Source: Methanocaldococcus jannaschii DSM 2661 (GTDB lineage: Archaea; AGJL01; Methanococci; Methanococcales; Methanocaldococcaceae). From it: a DNA stretch of 32,000 nt. The translations under genes were made by a program, and so were the position numbers. Positions 1-8,563 of this stretch are shown here, one piece after another. Below the pieces are notes generated by a model. That model saw only the letters and a list, made by a program, of their open reading frames with translations, did not search any database and was not told the DNA's origin. The stretch spans positions 880,712 through 912,711 of the forward strand of contig NC_000909.1 of assembly GCF_000091665.1 (NCBI RefSeq), in the 5' to 3' direction. The stretch's first letter is position 1. The number at the start of each line of letters is the position of its first letter.

Positions 1-519
1 TTTAAATTCTTTTAATCGACTAATTCTTGAAATTATCTTACTCAAATATTTATTTTGAAGGTTTGGGTCTTCTTTTGTTTCCTTAGGATAGTCATCTGGT
101 AGATTCTGAATTTTCTTTAAAATATTTTTATCATCAATATTGGCAAGTTTATATAACTCCATGCACGTCTTTTTTATACTTAAGCCATTTTCAACCACAA
201 TATTTAATAACTCCTCATATGGAATTTTCTCTTCTATTATTTTCCAATAATCTTCAAATATGTTACTTTCTATAATATATTCAACCACTTCTAATATTTT
301 TATGCTTAAATCTAATTTTAAAACTTCAGATGTTAGATGACTTTCTTCCTCTTCCAATTGAGCAATAGTATCTAAATCATCTGGATTGCTCGTCCTTAAT
401 TCGTTTAATTTTACTCTTATGTTATTTAAATCTCTAAGTTTTGCCTCCCCCTTCTCAATCATTTCTCCTTTTTTGTCTTTTATTTCCACTAATGTTGGAT
501 ATTCTGTGCTATTTTTCAT
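1..519 (-). CDS. Hypothetical charged/helical protein, partial (runs off left edge); not in the supplied ORF track
   Basis: Reverse-strand reading frame open for 173 codons from ATG at 519 (MKNSTEYPTLVEIKDKKGEMIEKGEAKLRDLNNIRVKLNEL... ending ...ISRLKEFK at the window edge), preceded by the Shine-Dalgarno (SD)-like AGGTGAT at about 524-530. Confidence 0.8.
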   Translation of the reverse strand, partial: MKNSTEYPTLVEIKDKKGEMIEKGEAKLRDLNNIRVKLNELRTSNPDDLDTIAQLEEEESHLTSEVLKLDLSIKILEVVEYIIESNIFEDYWKIIEEKIPYEELLNIVVENGLSIKKTCMELYKLANIDDKNILKKIQNLPDDYPKETKEDPNLQNKYLSKIISRISRLKEFK

Positions 520-553
520 AAAAATCACCTAATACTAATGAAAATTAACCAAT

Positions 554-925
554 TTACTTCTTTTTCTTCTTATCTTTTTTCTTAGATTTGTAATAGCCCT
601 TTAACACTGGAAGTTTTGGGAAGTCGTCCAATAACTTATAATATATGTCACCATATCTCTCACTAATCACAACAATATGAGCAGGTGGATGAATTTTTCT
701 AATTCTATCTATTGCTTTTGGTGCTTTTTCAGCAATCTTTGCTAAGCATGCAGTTTTACATGGTTTTTTAACTTCCCCCAATATATGACTTAATATTTCA
801 TCTGCAGCTTCTGGAACAATAATTTTTGGCTTTCCAATAATTGTTAGCTCTGCATGCCTATCAACATCAGCTAAGGCATTCTTTAATTTTTCATAACTAT
901 CTCCTCTGATTAGCAATATCGTCAT
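554..925 (-). CDS. DUF356 family protein with poly-lysine tail
   Basis: ORF 123 aa, MTILLIRGDSYEKLKNALADVDRHAELTIIGKPKIIVPEAADEIL... recognised as the methanogen DUF356 family. Confidence 0.75.
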   Translation of the reverse strand: MTILLIRGDSYEKLKNALADVDRHAELTIIGKPKIIVPEAADEILSHILGEVKKPCKTACLAKIAEKAPKAIDRIRKIHPPAHIVVISERYGDIYYKLLDDFPKLPVLKGYYKSKKKDKKKKK

Positions 926-968
926 AACTATCCCTAAACGTGTTTTTTAATATTAATTTTAAATTTTC

Positions 969-1670
969 TTAGTATTTTATCCTCAAATGTCTATCATTAT
1001 GTTTCAAATATTCCTCAAGCATAAATGGAAAATCAGAAGCATCAACAAATCTCAAGCCCAGCCTCTGAGCCCATTTTTCAATGCCTCCATCACTTGCCAC
1101 TACCGCAGCATCTAACTCCTTGGCTAACAATAACACATCTAAATCAGGGGCACTATCTAAAGTTCCCACTCTCAAAGCACTTCTATATTTATTTCTAAAG
1201 GTATTTATTGTTTTTGATAACACTTTATTTATGATTTCATTTTTACCCATTTCTGGATGTTTTTTTGATAACTCATAAACCATGTCTGTGGCTTTTATTA
1301 TATGCTCCTCTCCAATCCTCATCCCTTTGTTAATTCTTTCTCTCAAATCTTTAACATATTCATAAAAAATCTCTGAAGGGATTTTTATCTCATATCTGTT
1401 TGGGGTTTTTTTAACAAGCCATGTATCAACTTTAACTATAACATCTCTCGGACAATTCTCATTCTCCAAAAATCCCATCAATTCATTATATACAGTTGGA
1501 TATGGAATGTGACAAGATATATTTAACTTTATCCTTGCCTCAGCTATCAAATCCATAACCTTATCTGTTAGTTCAGTAACTGTTTTAACCCCTAACGCTT
1601 TCCTAACTGACGGTTCAGTAAAAGCACTTGTGTCTAAGCAGAATCTCTGTTTTTGCATACCTCTCCCCAA
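969..1670 (-). CDS. HARP-type RNA-free ribonuclease P (UPF0278 / 'RNA ligase partner protein', PIN_5 domain)
   Basis: ORF 233 aa. PIN-type acidic motifs CLDTSAF...YNELMGFLE...DLDVLLLAKELDAAVVASDGGIEKWAQRLGLRFVDA match the Aquifex aq_880-like HARP family. Confidence 0.85.
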   Translation of the reverse strand: MGRGMQKQRFCLDTSAFTEPSVRKALGVKTVTELTDKVMDLIAEARIKLNISCHIPYPTVYNELMGFLENENCPRDVIVKVDTWLVKKTPNRYEIKIPSEIFYEYVKDLRERINKGMRIGEEHIIKATDMVYELSKKHPEMGKNEIINKVLSKTINTFRNKYRSALRVGTLDSAPDLDVLLLAKELDAAVVASDGGIEKWAQRLGLRFVDASDFPFMLEEYLKHNDRHLRIKY

Positions 1671-1854
1671 AATTTAGTTTCTATTGAAATTTATATCTAA
1701 AAAGTTTCGCTTTCTATTAAATGAAAATTATAGGATTTCATATTCAAAGCATTAAGATTTATAAGCAACTATATATCGTTATTTACCTATTTATATACTA
1801 AGAGACATTAAGGGACTGAAAGTCCATTTAATGCATCGTTTTGATGAAACTTTC

Positions 1855-2904
1855 TTAAAGTTTCACTGCAAGTATTTTTATCTTTGCAGGATAGTTATTT
1901 ATATATTTTGATAAAGTTTCATTTGGAATCCTTGCCTCTAATTTAGATAAAATCCTCTCCCTAAAATGCCTTGAAAATCCATAAGGTAGAGAGTTTTTTA
2001 TCTCCTCTATATTGTTAAATGGTCTTTTCTTCTCTAAAATTTCAGCAACATTACTTGGCAAATATTCATATAAATCATACTCATTCGCTGTTTCTAAAAT
2101 TCTATCTTCAAATCTTTTCAATATCAATTCATTGAGCTTTCCATTATCATAGAGTTCTTTTAAAATACTTAATGTTGTTTTTGGAAGCATATTTTTAATA
2201 TCTTCAAACTTTCCACTGAATATTGCTTCTCTAATCTTAGTTCCACTAATTCCCTCTAACCTCTTTACAAAAACAAATTTCGGGTTAAATTTTAAGCCCT
2301 CTCTATTCAGTTTATAAATCATCTGAGACATTGAAGCAATGACATAGTTGTCTATATTTAACTTCTCTCCTAAAATCTCCCCTGTCTCTATACAGATAAT
2401 TTTATAGGGCTTAACTTGAATATGATAGCCCTTATTTATGCAATCTATAACCTTTTCCATGGTTTTTTCTGGAATATAGCCCCTTGGGATTATCTCAGCT
2501 CCTAAGCTATAAAACATCTTTATTAGGCATCTCATATACTGCCCAGAGCCCATAATTCCCATAGGTGGGCCTTCAACGACAATATCAGCCCCAGCTCTTA
2601 TTGCCATCTCTGCCCTTATGTATCTGTTTAAAAAATAAGGAATTCCCCTTCCACTCCTTTCTAAAGGGCCGGGCAATACACTGATAAAAATTCCATGCTC
2701 TTTTCCTTTTTCTAATGCATATTTATGCCCTTTATGCAATGGGTTGTATTCAGTAAAATCGCAGACGATTTTATCTTTATTTTCTCTTTCTTTTATTTCT
2801 TCAACTATTTTCTTAAAATCTTTGAAGGATTTTTCATCTTTCCTTTTAGCATCTCTAATTATTTCCTCTCTATCTTCCAAAAAATTTTTTAAATTTAAAT
2901 CCAT
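1855..2904 (-). CDS. Nucleotidyltransferase of the UPF0348/TmcAL-like (tRNA cytidine acetate ligase-related) family
   Basis: ORF 1855..2922. HxGH-type motif [18 protein letters not shown] and late [10 protein letters not shown] motif. Start revised to MDLNLKN at 2904, preceded by GGTGAAATT. Confidence 0.8.
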   Translation of the reverse strand: MDLNLKNFLEDREEIIRDAKRKDEKSFKDFKKIVEEIKERENKDKIVCDFTEYNPLHKGHKYALEKGKEHGIFISVLPGPLERSGRGIPYFLNRYIRAEMAIRAGADIVVEGPPMGIMGSGQYMRCLIKMFYSLGAEIIPRGYIPEKTMEKVIDCINKGYHIQVKPYKIICIETGEILGEKLNIDNYVIASMSQMIYKLNREGLKFNPKFVFVKRLEGISGTKIREAIFSGKFEDIKNMLPKTTLSILKELYDNGKLNELILKRFEDRILETANEYDLYEYLPSNVAEILEKKRPFNNIEEIKNSLPYGFSRHFRERILSKLEARIPNETLSKYINNYPAKIKILAVKL

Positions 2905-2927
2905 AATTTCACCAATGAGCATAAACT

Positions 2928-2959
2928 TTATATATGATGAGTTAAATTTTTATTGATGC
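2928..2959 (+). promoter_or_regulatory. Archaeal stable-RNA promoter for tRNA-Val (TATA/box A plus TGATGC initiator)
   Basis: TTTATATA at about 2927-2935, about 25 nt upstream of TGATGC at 2954-2959 and directly ahead of the tRNA. Confidence 0.6.
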
Positions 2960-2969
2960 TAAAGGTTGA

Positions 2970-3043
2970 GGGCCCATGGTCTAGCTGGCTATGACGTCGC
3001 CCTTACAAGGCGAAGGTCGCCGGTTCGAATCCGGCTGGGCCCA
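2970..3043 (+). tRNA. tRNA-Val (anticodon UAC)
   Basis: Cloverleaf GGGCCCA-TG-GTC..GAC-G-TCGCC-CTTACAA-GGCGA-AGGTC-GCCGG-TTCGAAT-CCGGC-TGGGCCC-A. Anticodon loop CTTACAA gives TAC. CCA is not encoded. Confidence 0.95.
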
Positions 3044-3166
3044 CTATTTTTATTTTAGACATAAACATTTGTTAGTTTAAATATAGGAATTACTGTTTTA
3101 GTTTAATCAAGCATTCTGAGTACAAAAAATAAGATAAAAAAGGATAAAAATTTTAATTTTACATTT

Positions 3167-3586
3167 TTATTGTTTCTTATCTTGAGCTTGTTGAGCTTTT
3201 TGTATCTCTGTTTGTAATTCTTTTCTTAATGCAGTTATTGCTTTAGCTAATTCCTCAGCTTTCTTCATGCCTTCTTTTTCAGCTTTATCTAAATCTTCAA
3301 CTGACTTTTTTAAATCCTCAATAACTTCATTAAATGATTTTTCAACATAAATATCTGACTTTACTCCAATTAATGCCTTATCATCAACAATTTTTGCCTT
3401 TAAAAACACTCCAGGACCTACTGGGATTAATGTCTCTTCATCTGCCTTTATATTTTCAATTGTTTTAATTGAATTCATTATTTCAGATTTTAACGCTCTT
3501 ATTGAAGTAATTTCACTTTGAATCATTTGTAATTGTTGGTTGTATATTTCTAAGGCCATTGCTTTCTGTCTTAAATCTTCAGCCAT
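3167..3586 (-). CDS. pfdA: Prefoldin subunit alpha
   Basis: Two long coiled-coil segments around a beta core (LIPVGPGVFLKAKIVDDKALIGVKSDIYVEKSFNEVI). Start revised from GTG 3595 to ATG 3586 behind GGGGTGG. Confidence 0.9.
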   Translation of the reverse strand: MAEDLRQKAMALEIYNQQLQMIQSEITSIRALKSEIMNSIKTIENIKADEETLIPVGPGVFLKAKIVDDKALIGVKSDIYVEKSFNEVIEDLKKSVEDLDKAEKEGMKKAEELAKAITALRKELQTEIQKAQQAQDKKQ

Positions 3587-3613
3587 ATTTTCCACCCCAT
3601 AAGCATTATGTAG

Positions 3614-3704
3614 ATAGGACTTTCGCAGCTTATCTTCTTACTGGAATTTAGACACTCAAAAGTGTCAATATGCAATAAAACATTTATTCCTGCGAAAGTC
3701 CTAT
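3614..3704. repeat. Compact element with 15-bp perfect terminal inverted repeats and a nested hairpin
   Basis: ATAGGACTTTCGCAG (3614-3628) pairs exactly with CTGCGAAAGTCCTAT (3690-3704). An internal GACACT-CAAA-AGTGTC hairpin lies at 3651-3666, and GGAAT 3643-3647 can pair with ATTCC 3686-3690 (overlapping the outer arm by one base). Confidence 0.75.
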
Positions 3705-3775
3705 AGTAAGAGATATATATTTTAATGCCTTAATAAAACTTATTGTAAGCATGGTTTTTATAAGGGGGGAGGTTT

Positions 3776-4078
3776 ATGAGATTATTAGGAGTTATTGGTT
3801 ATTTGGCTGTTTTAATTAAAGCAATATGCGAATCTTGGGTTGATGTAGTTAAAAGAAGCATAAATGGGGAAATACACCCTCAAGTTATAGAGATAGAATC
3901 AATTATTAATAATCCTACTGGCTTAGTTTTGCTGTCATGGTCTATAACCGCCACGCCAGGAACTTTAGTTATTGATTTAATTCCAGAAGAGAGGAAATTA
4001 AAAGTAGCAGTTATAAGTCCAAGAAGTAGGGAAGATATTGTTCCATTTGAGCCATATATTAAGAAAATTTTTGATTAA
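3776..4078 (+). CDS. Stand-alone MnhE/MrpE-like cation antiporter subunit (possible EhbA-type)
   Basis: ORF 100 aa with MrpE-like core [40 protein letters not shown]. Strong SD GGGGGGAGG upstream. Confidence 0.7.
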
Positions 4079-4086
4079 ATTGATTT

Positions 4087-5376
4087 TTATTTAATAATTT
4101 TTATCTCTCCTTTGTCCCACTCTACCATCAATGTATCTTCATCATTATATTTTGTTAAAAATACTAATATCGCCGCTTTTGTTCCCCATCTATCAGAACC
4201 GGCTAATATATAGATGTTGTTATCATTATATGGGTTTTTTATTTTTAGTATGATTCCTCTATTGTTTCCCGGATAATTGGTAGAGATATTTACTTTCAAT
4301 AAACCTTTATCTTCAAGTTCTTTAACGATTTTATTAACTTTTGGACCTCCAATTAGAATTATGTCCTTATTAACATTTAAAGGATTAGAACTATATACAT
4401 CTACCGAACCAAGATAAATCTTTTCATGATTTTTGAGTTCTTTTCCTTTATAGAATACATGAACGGTATTATTTACCTTTACAGCATAAATTCCATCCCC
4501 TATATATGCAACATCTTTAACATCTACGGTTTTTTCTTTCCTTTTTATAACTTTAAAGAGAACATAATCTTTGTAACACTTTTCAGGTATTATGGTGTAA
4601 TTAAACAAGTATATTTCATTTCCTAAACTATCTATATTTTTATACTCAAGTTTTATTTTATCAGTGCTTATTTCTTTAACTTTAAACTCTTTATCTAATG
4701 GGTAATCTTCCCCTTCTTCAATTTTTATTGTAGAATATACTCTAAAAGTAAATCTATAACCTTTGCCAATCCTTGTGCAATTTTCATACATTAACCCTAA
4801 GGTTCCTCCTTTCATATAATAAATCTTTCCCTTAGTTAATTTAGGAGAATCCAAAACTTTCTCATTTTTGTATATATCAACAATTATAGTATTTAAATCA
4901 GAGGAAACCAACTTTACAACAACTTTATATCCATCGTATTCAAATGATTCATTTGTCAATACTTCCTTTCCATCTTTTTCTTTTAATATTACATAATTTG
5001 AAGTAATATCTTCAACTATGTAGCTTTTATTGAATAAGCTTATTTCTTCTCCCTTTTTAAGGTTTAAATATTCAATACACTCAATATCTTTATATTTCAC
5101 TTTGTTTCCGTCTCTATCAAATTTTATAATAAGATTTTTATCTCCATTTTTAATTTCAAGTTCATCTATAGATGGAATATACATAATATCGTTAATAACA
5201 ATTGTTACATTATCTCCATTGATATTTATCTCTCTTGATGAGTAAAAATTGTCCATCAAAATTTTTGCATTTTGATAATCTACCGTGGATTTATTTACAT
5301 AGATTATTGGCTCTATAGGTAGAGCATAGCTAACACTTATAACCAATAAGAGTATAAGTAAAAGTGTCCTCTTCAC
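4087..5376 (-). CDS. Secreted S-layer-related protein carrying the methanococcal S-layer C-terminal signature
   Basis: Signal peptide VKRTLLLILLLVISVSYA. C-terminus STNYPGNNRGIILKIKNPYNDNNIYILAGSDRWGTKAA resembles methanococcal S-layer proteins. GTG start at 5376 behind GGAGGGGTT rather than the track's 5409. Confidence 0.7.
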   Translation of the reverse strand: MKRTLLLILLLVISVSYALPIEPIIYVNKSTVDYQNAKILMDNFYSSREININGDNVTIVINDIMYIPSIDELEIKNGDKNLIIKFDRDGNKVKYKDIECIEYLNLKKGEEISLFNKSYIVEDITSNYVILKEKDGKEVLTNESFEYDGYKVVVKLVSSDLNTIIVDIYKNEKVLDSPKLTKGKIYYMKGGTLGLMYENCTRIGKGYRFTFRVYSTIKIEEGEDYPLDKEFKVKEISTDKIKLEYKNIDSLGNEIYLFNYTIIPEKCYKDYVLFKVIKRKEKTVDVKDVAYIGDGIYAVKVNNTVHVFYKGKELKNHEKIYLGSVDVYSSNPLNVNKDIILIGGPKVNKIVKELEDKGLLKVNISTNYPGNNRGIILKIKNPYNDNNIYILAGSDRWGTKAAILVFLTKYNDEDTLMVEWDKGEIKIIK

Positions 5377-5469
5377 AATTAACCCCTCCATCATTTGTAA
5401 TCTTAACAATAATAAAAAATCCAGAAATCTTATTTAAAATATTTTTGGTTAAAAATTTTGGGTGATTGG

Positions 5470-6579
5470 ATGATAGAAAATAAAGTAAGAGACGTTGTTA
5501 AAAAATTAAAGCCCTATGTTCCAGGAAAATCAAAAGAAGAGATAGCAAGGGCTTACGGAATAAAACCAGAGGACATTATAAAACTTGGTTCTAATGAAAA
5601 TCCTTGGGGACCATCTCCAAAAATAAAAGAAAAAATTTTAGATGAAATTGACAAAATTCACCAATATCCAGAGCCAGTAAATCCAATTTTAATGAAAGAG
5701 TTAAGCAAATTTTTGAATGTTGATGAGGAAAACATAATTGTTGGAGGAGATGGAGCTGATGAGATTATAGACACAATATTTAGAACGTTTGTTGATGATG
5801 GAGATGAGGTTATAATTCCAATTCCAACATTTACCCAATATAGAGTTTCAGCAACAATCCACAATGCTAAAATAAAATATGCTAAATATGATAAGGAGAA
5901 AGACTTTAAATTGAATGTTGAAAGTGTCTTAAATAATATAACAGATAAAACGAAGGTTATTTTCCTCTGCACTCCAAATAATCCAACAGGAAATATAATA
6001 GAAAATAGAGATGTAGAGAGGGTTATCAATGAAACAGACGCTTTAGTTGTTATTGACCATGCATACATTGAGTATGCTAAAAAAGAATATGATTGGACTC
6101 AAAAAGCCCCTGAATATGATAATGTTATTGTTTTAAGAACCTTTTCAAAGGTCTTTGGTTTAGCAGGAATGAGGGTTGGTTATGGTGTTGCAAATAAAAA
6201 AATCATAGATTATATGATGAGAGTTAAGCCAATATTTAGCTTAACAAGGTTAAGTCAAGTTTGTGCCATAACTGCATTAAGAGATAGAGAATTCTTTGAA
6301 AGATGTGTTAGAGATGGAATTAAAAGTAGAGAGATGCTCTACAATGGATTGAAGAAGTTTAAGGATATTAAAGTTTATCCTTCAGAAGCTAATTATCTAT
6401 TGGTTGAATTAAAAACAATGAAAGCAAAAGAATTTTGTGAGGAACTATTAAAAAGAGGTGTTATTGTTAGAGATTGCACATCCTTTGATGGTTTAGGGGA
6501 TAATTATGTTAGAGTATCAATAGGGACGTTTGAAGAGGTTGAAAGGTTTTTAAAGATTTTGGAGGAGATTATAAGCTAA
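5470..6579 (+). CDS. hisC: Histidinol-phosphate aminotransferase
   Basis: Class I/II PLP fold: [45 protein letters not shown] 5470 follows GGTGATTGG. Confidence 0.9.
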   Translation: MIENKVRDVVKKLKPYVPGKSKEEIARAYGIKPEDIIKLGSNENPWGPSPKIKEKILDEIDKIHQYPEPVNPILMKELSKFLNVDEENIIVGGDGADEIIDTIFRTFVDDGDEVIIPIPTFTQYRVSATIHNAKIKYAKYDKEKDFKLNVESVLNNITDKTKVIFLCTPNNPTGNIIENRDVERVINETDALVVIDHAYIEYAKKEYDWTQKAPEYDNVIVLRTFSKVFGLAGMRVGYGVANKKIIDYMMRVKPIFSLTRLSQVCAITALRDREFFERCVRDGIKSREMLYNGLKKFKDIKVYPSEANYLLVELKTMKAKEFCEELLKRGVIVRDCTSFDGLGDNYVRVSIGTFEEVERFLKILEEIIS

Positions 6580-6724
6580 ATCTTTTTAATTTTTGTTTTA
6601 TTATTTTATTTTTATTAATTTATCCATTTAAATTAAAGAATAATAAAAACTTTTATATGTAAGTCTTTTGATAATTAAAATTTACTTAAAAAATAATATA
6701 GATTTTTTTATATAGTGGGTTTTT

Positions 6725-7507
6725 ATGCATGAGGATGTTTGGAGTTTAATTAAAGAAACAAATCATAAAACTATTCTATACTCTCATGGAATGAAAAACA
6801 GGGTTTTGTTAGGATATTTATTAAAGCTTAGGGGGAAATATAACTTTGACTTTGAGGCAGTAACGTTTATTTCAGATAGAAGTCCAAAATGGGTAAGAGA
6901 AGAGATAAAGTGGATTATGAAAGCAAATGATGTTAAACATAGATTTATTGAGTGTGGAAAATGCAAGATAAGCTTAGAAAATAATGGACATGATTATCAC
7001 GGAAGTTGTGTAGTTTGGGAGGGTATTAAAAATTTTGAGGGAGGAGTTGTAGCATCATCAATAGGAGAGCATATTAAAGATAAAGAACGATTTTTAACGT
7101 GGTGTAACGATTATAACTTATTTCCTCCTTTTATTCACTTAAATGTCTCAAGAGAAAGGCTTGTTAAAGAATTTGAAAGCTTAGATAAAAATCTAATTTC
7201 AAGTTGCTATCATGCATGTGTATTCTGCCCTATATTGTATAAACTTGGAAAAAGTTTGATAAAATCAGAGATTTTCTATAAGAAAAAGATTTTAACCGAT
7301 AATGAAAGGAAAGAACATGCTTTAAATGAATTTTATGATGCTATGAAGGAGCAAGATATTGGTAGGATGATTAATTCGGTTAAAATTTACTATAATAAGT
7401 ATATAAGAGAGTTAGATGAGCCGTATGCCGATTATATAAAGAGTAGAGATGTTGAGATGTTTGATAAATTGGTTAATAAGTGTAAAGAGTATTTAGGGGT
7501 GAAATAA
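6725..7507 (+). CDS. Uncharacterised Cys-rich protein, possibly a degenerate PP-loop/alpha-hydrolase-like fold
   Basis: ORF 260 aa: KTILYSHGMKNRVLLGYLL near the N-terminus, cysteine pairs ECGKC and CYHACVFC. The fold assignment is weak. Confidence 0.45.
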   Translation: MHEDVWSLIKETNHKTILYSHGMKNRVLLGYLLKLRGKYNFDFEAVTFISDRSPKWVREEIKWIMKANDVKHRFIECGKCKISLENNGHDYHGSCVVWEGIKNFEGGVVASSIGEHIKDKERFLTWCNDYNLFPPFIHLNVSRERLVKEFESLDKNLISSCYHACVFCPILYKLGKSLIKSEIFYKKKILTDNERKEHALNEFYDAMKEQDIGRMINSVKIYYNKYIRELDEPYADYIKSRDVEMFDKLVNKCKEYLGVK

Positions 7508-8559
7508 TGGGGGACGATATTTATATACCTCCAAAACCCAAACCCAAGCCAAAACCAAAACCTGAGTATAAATACGCTTTATGGTATTTTAAATACACCA
7601 ATACTTATGAGAAAAGATTTAATGGAACAGTAGGTGATTTATTAAATAGAGGGTTTAACTACGCAATTGCTTTGGAAAAGGATGAAGGTAGTGGAACTCC
7701 GGAAAGTGGAAATTTAAGAGAAGATGGTGAAAAAGATGGAAAAGAATTTGGAGAGTTTATAAATTCAGAACTCTCTGGAATTAAGTATATTGCTCAAATT
7801 CCTTATTATAAACGTGGAATGTTAGAAAAATTAAAAAATGCTTCCAAAGACAAAAAACAGATGGAATATTATATAAACCATATTTATCTGGTAAAAAGAA
7901 CATTAGAATACTGGAAGGGTTGGATTGATGGAGTTATTGAAAGTTGTGATAGCAATTTAGTAGGATTTTATTGGAATTTTGAATCTCCTGGGCAAGTAAG
8001 TTGGGGATTTATTACTGATTGGGAAATAGCACAATTATCAACATATATCAAACAAAAATCTAATGAATTGAACAGAAAATTAGAGTTTATATGGATTCCC
8101 TATATTAACGATATAGAGAATCCAGATAATAATGATATAAAACGATTATCAAAGTATTTTGACTATGTATTTGTTCAACCACACTATTATATTGCATGGA
8201 AATACTGGTGTCTCTGGAACTATGAAAAAAATGTGAGTGAAGATATAAGAGAATATTGGAAATACCAAATTAACAGATATAATGGATATTTAACTCAGGG
8301 AATAACAAAACTTATAGAGGTTCTTAATTGGATAAAAGAAATTCCTAATGGATATATAGAAATGGAAGTAGATAATAAAATTGATGAATATAAATATCAT
8401 GATTTGATAAACAAAGCATGTGATTATATTAAAGCCCGAGAGTTCTTAACTGGTAGAGATATTTGGCAAATAAGAGCATACTACTTTGACACAAATATTG
8501 AGAATGTAGATAAGGTGAGAAATGGAGCTTACGGTATAAAAGGATGTAAAAACTGGTGA
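7507..8559 (+). CDS. Uncharacterised protein with N-terminal (KP)n stretch and a DUF4855/TIM-barrel-hydrolase-like body
   Basis: ORF 350 aa. PPKPKPKPKPKPEYKY then LVGFYWNFESPGQVSWGFITDWEIAQLSTYIKQKSNELNRKLEFIWIPYI...YFDYVFVQPHYY. ATG overlaps the upstream stop (TAATG) with SD GGGGTGA. Confidence 0.5.
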   Translation: MGDDIYIPPKPKPKPKPKPEYKYALWYFKYTNTYEKRFNGTVGDLLNRGFNYAIALEKDEGSGTPESGNLREDGEKDGKEFGEFINSELSGIKYIAQIPYYKRGMLEKLKNASKDKKQMEYYINHIYLVKRTLEYWKGWIDGVIESCDSNLVGFYWNFESPGQVSWGFITDWEIAQLSTYIKQKSNELNRKLEFIWIPYINDIENPDNNDIKRLSKYFDYVFVQPHYYIAWKYWCLWNYEKNVSEDIREYWKYQINRYNGYLTQGITKLIEVLNWIKEIPNGYIEMEVDNKIDEYKYHDLINKACDYIKAREFLTGRDIWQIRAYYFDTNIENVDKVRNGAYGIKGCKNW

Positions 8560-8563
8560 GATT

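Noticed and set aside
1081-1278. Plus-strand 65-aa ORF opposite the HARP gene
   Set aside because: It lies wholly antisense to a recognisable conserved gene and has no family signature. The same applies to other shadow ORFs such as 2744-2956, 4426-4626, 5030-5245, 5658-6068, 6784-6966, 9995-10276, 10625-10915, 13154-13570, 14263-14472, 20080-20367, 24130-24432, 29091-29330 and 30105-30317.
2934-2940. ATGATGA upstream of tRNA-Val as a C box
   Set aside because: It overlaps the tRNA promoter region and has no downstream D/D' boxes.
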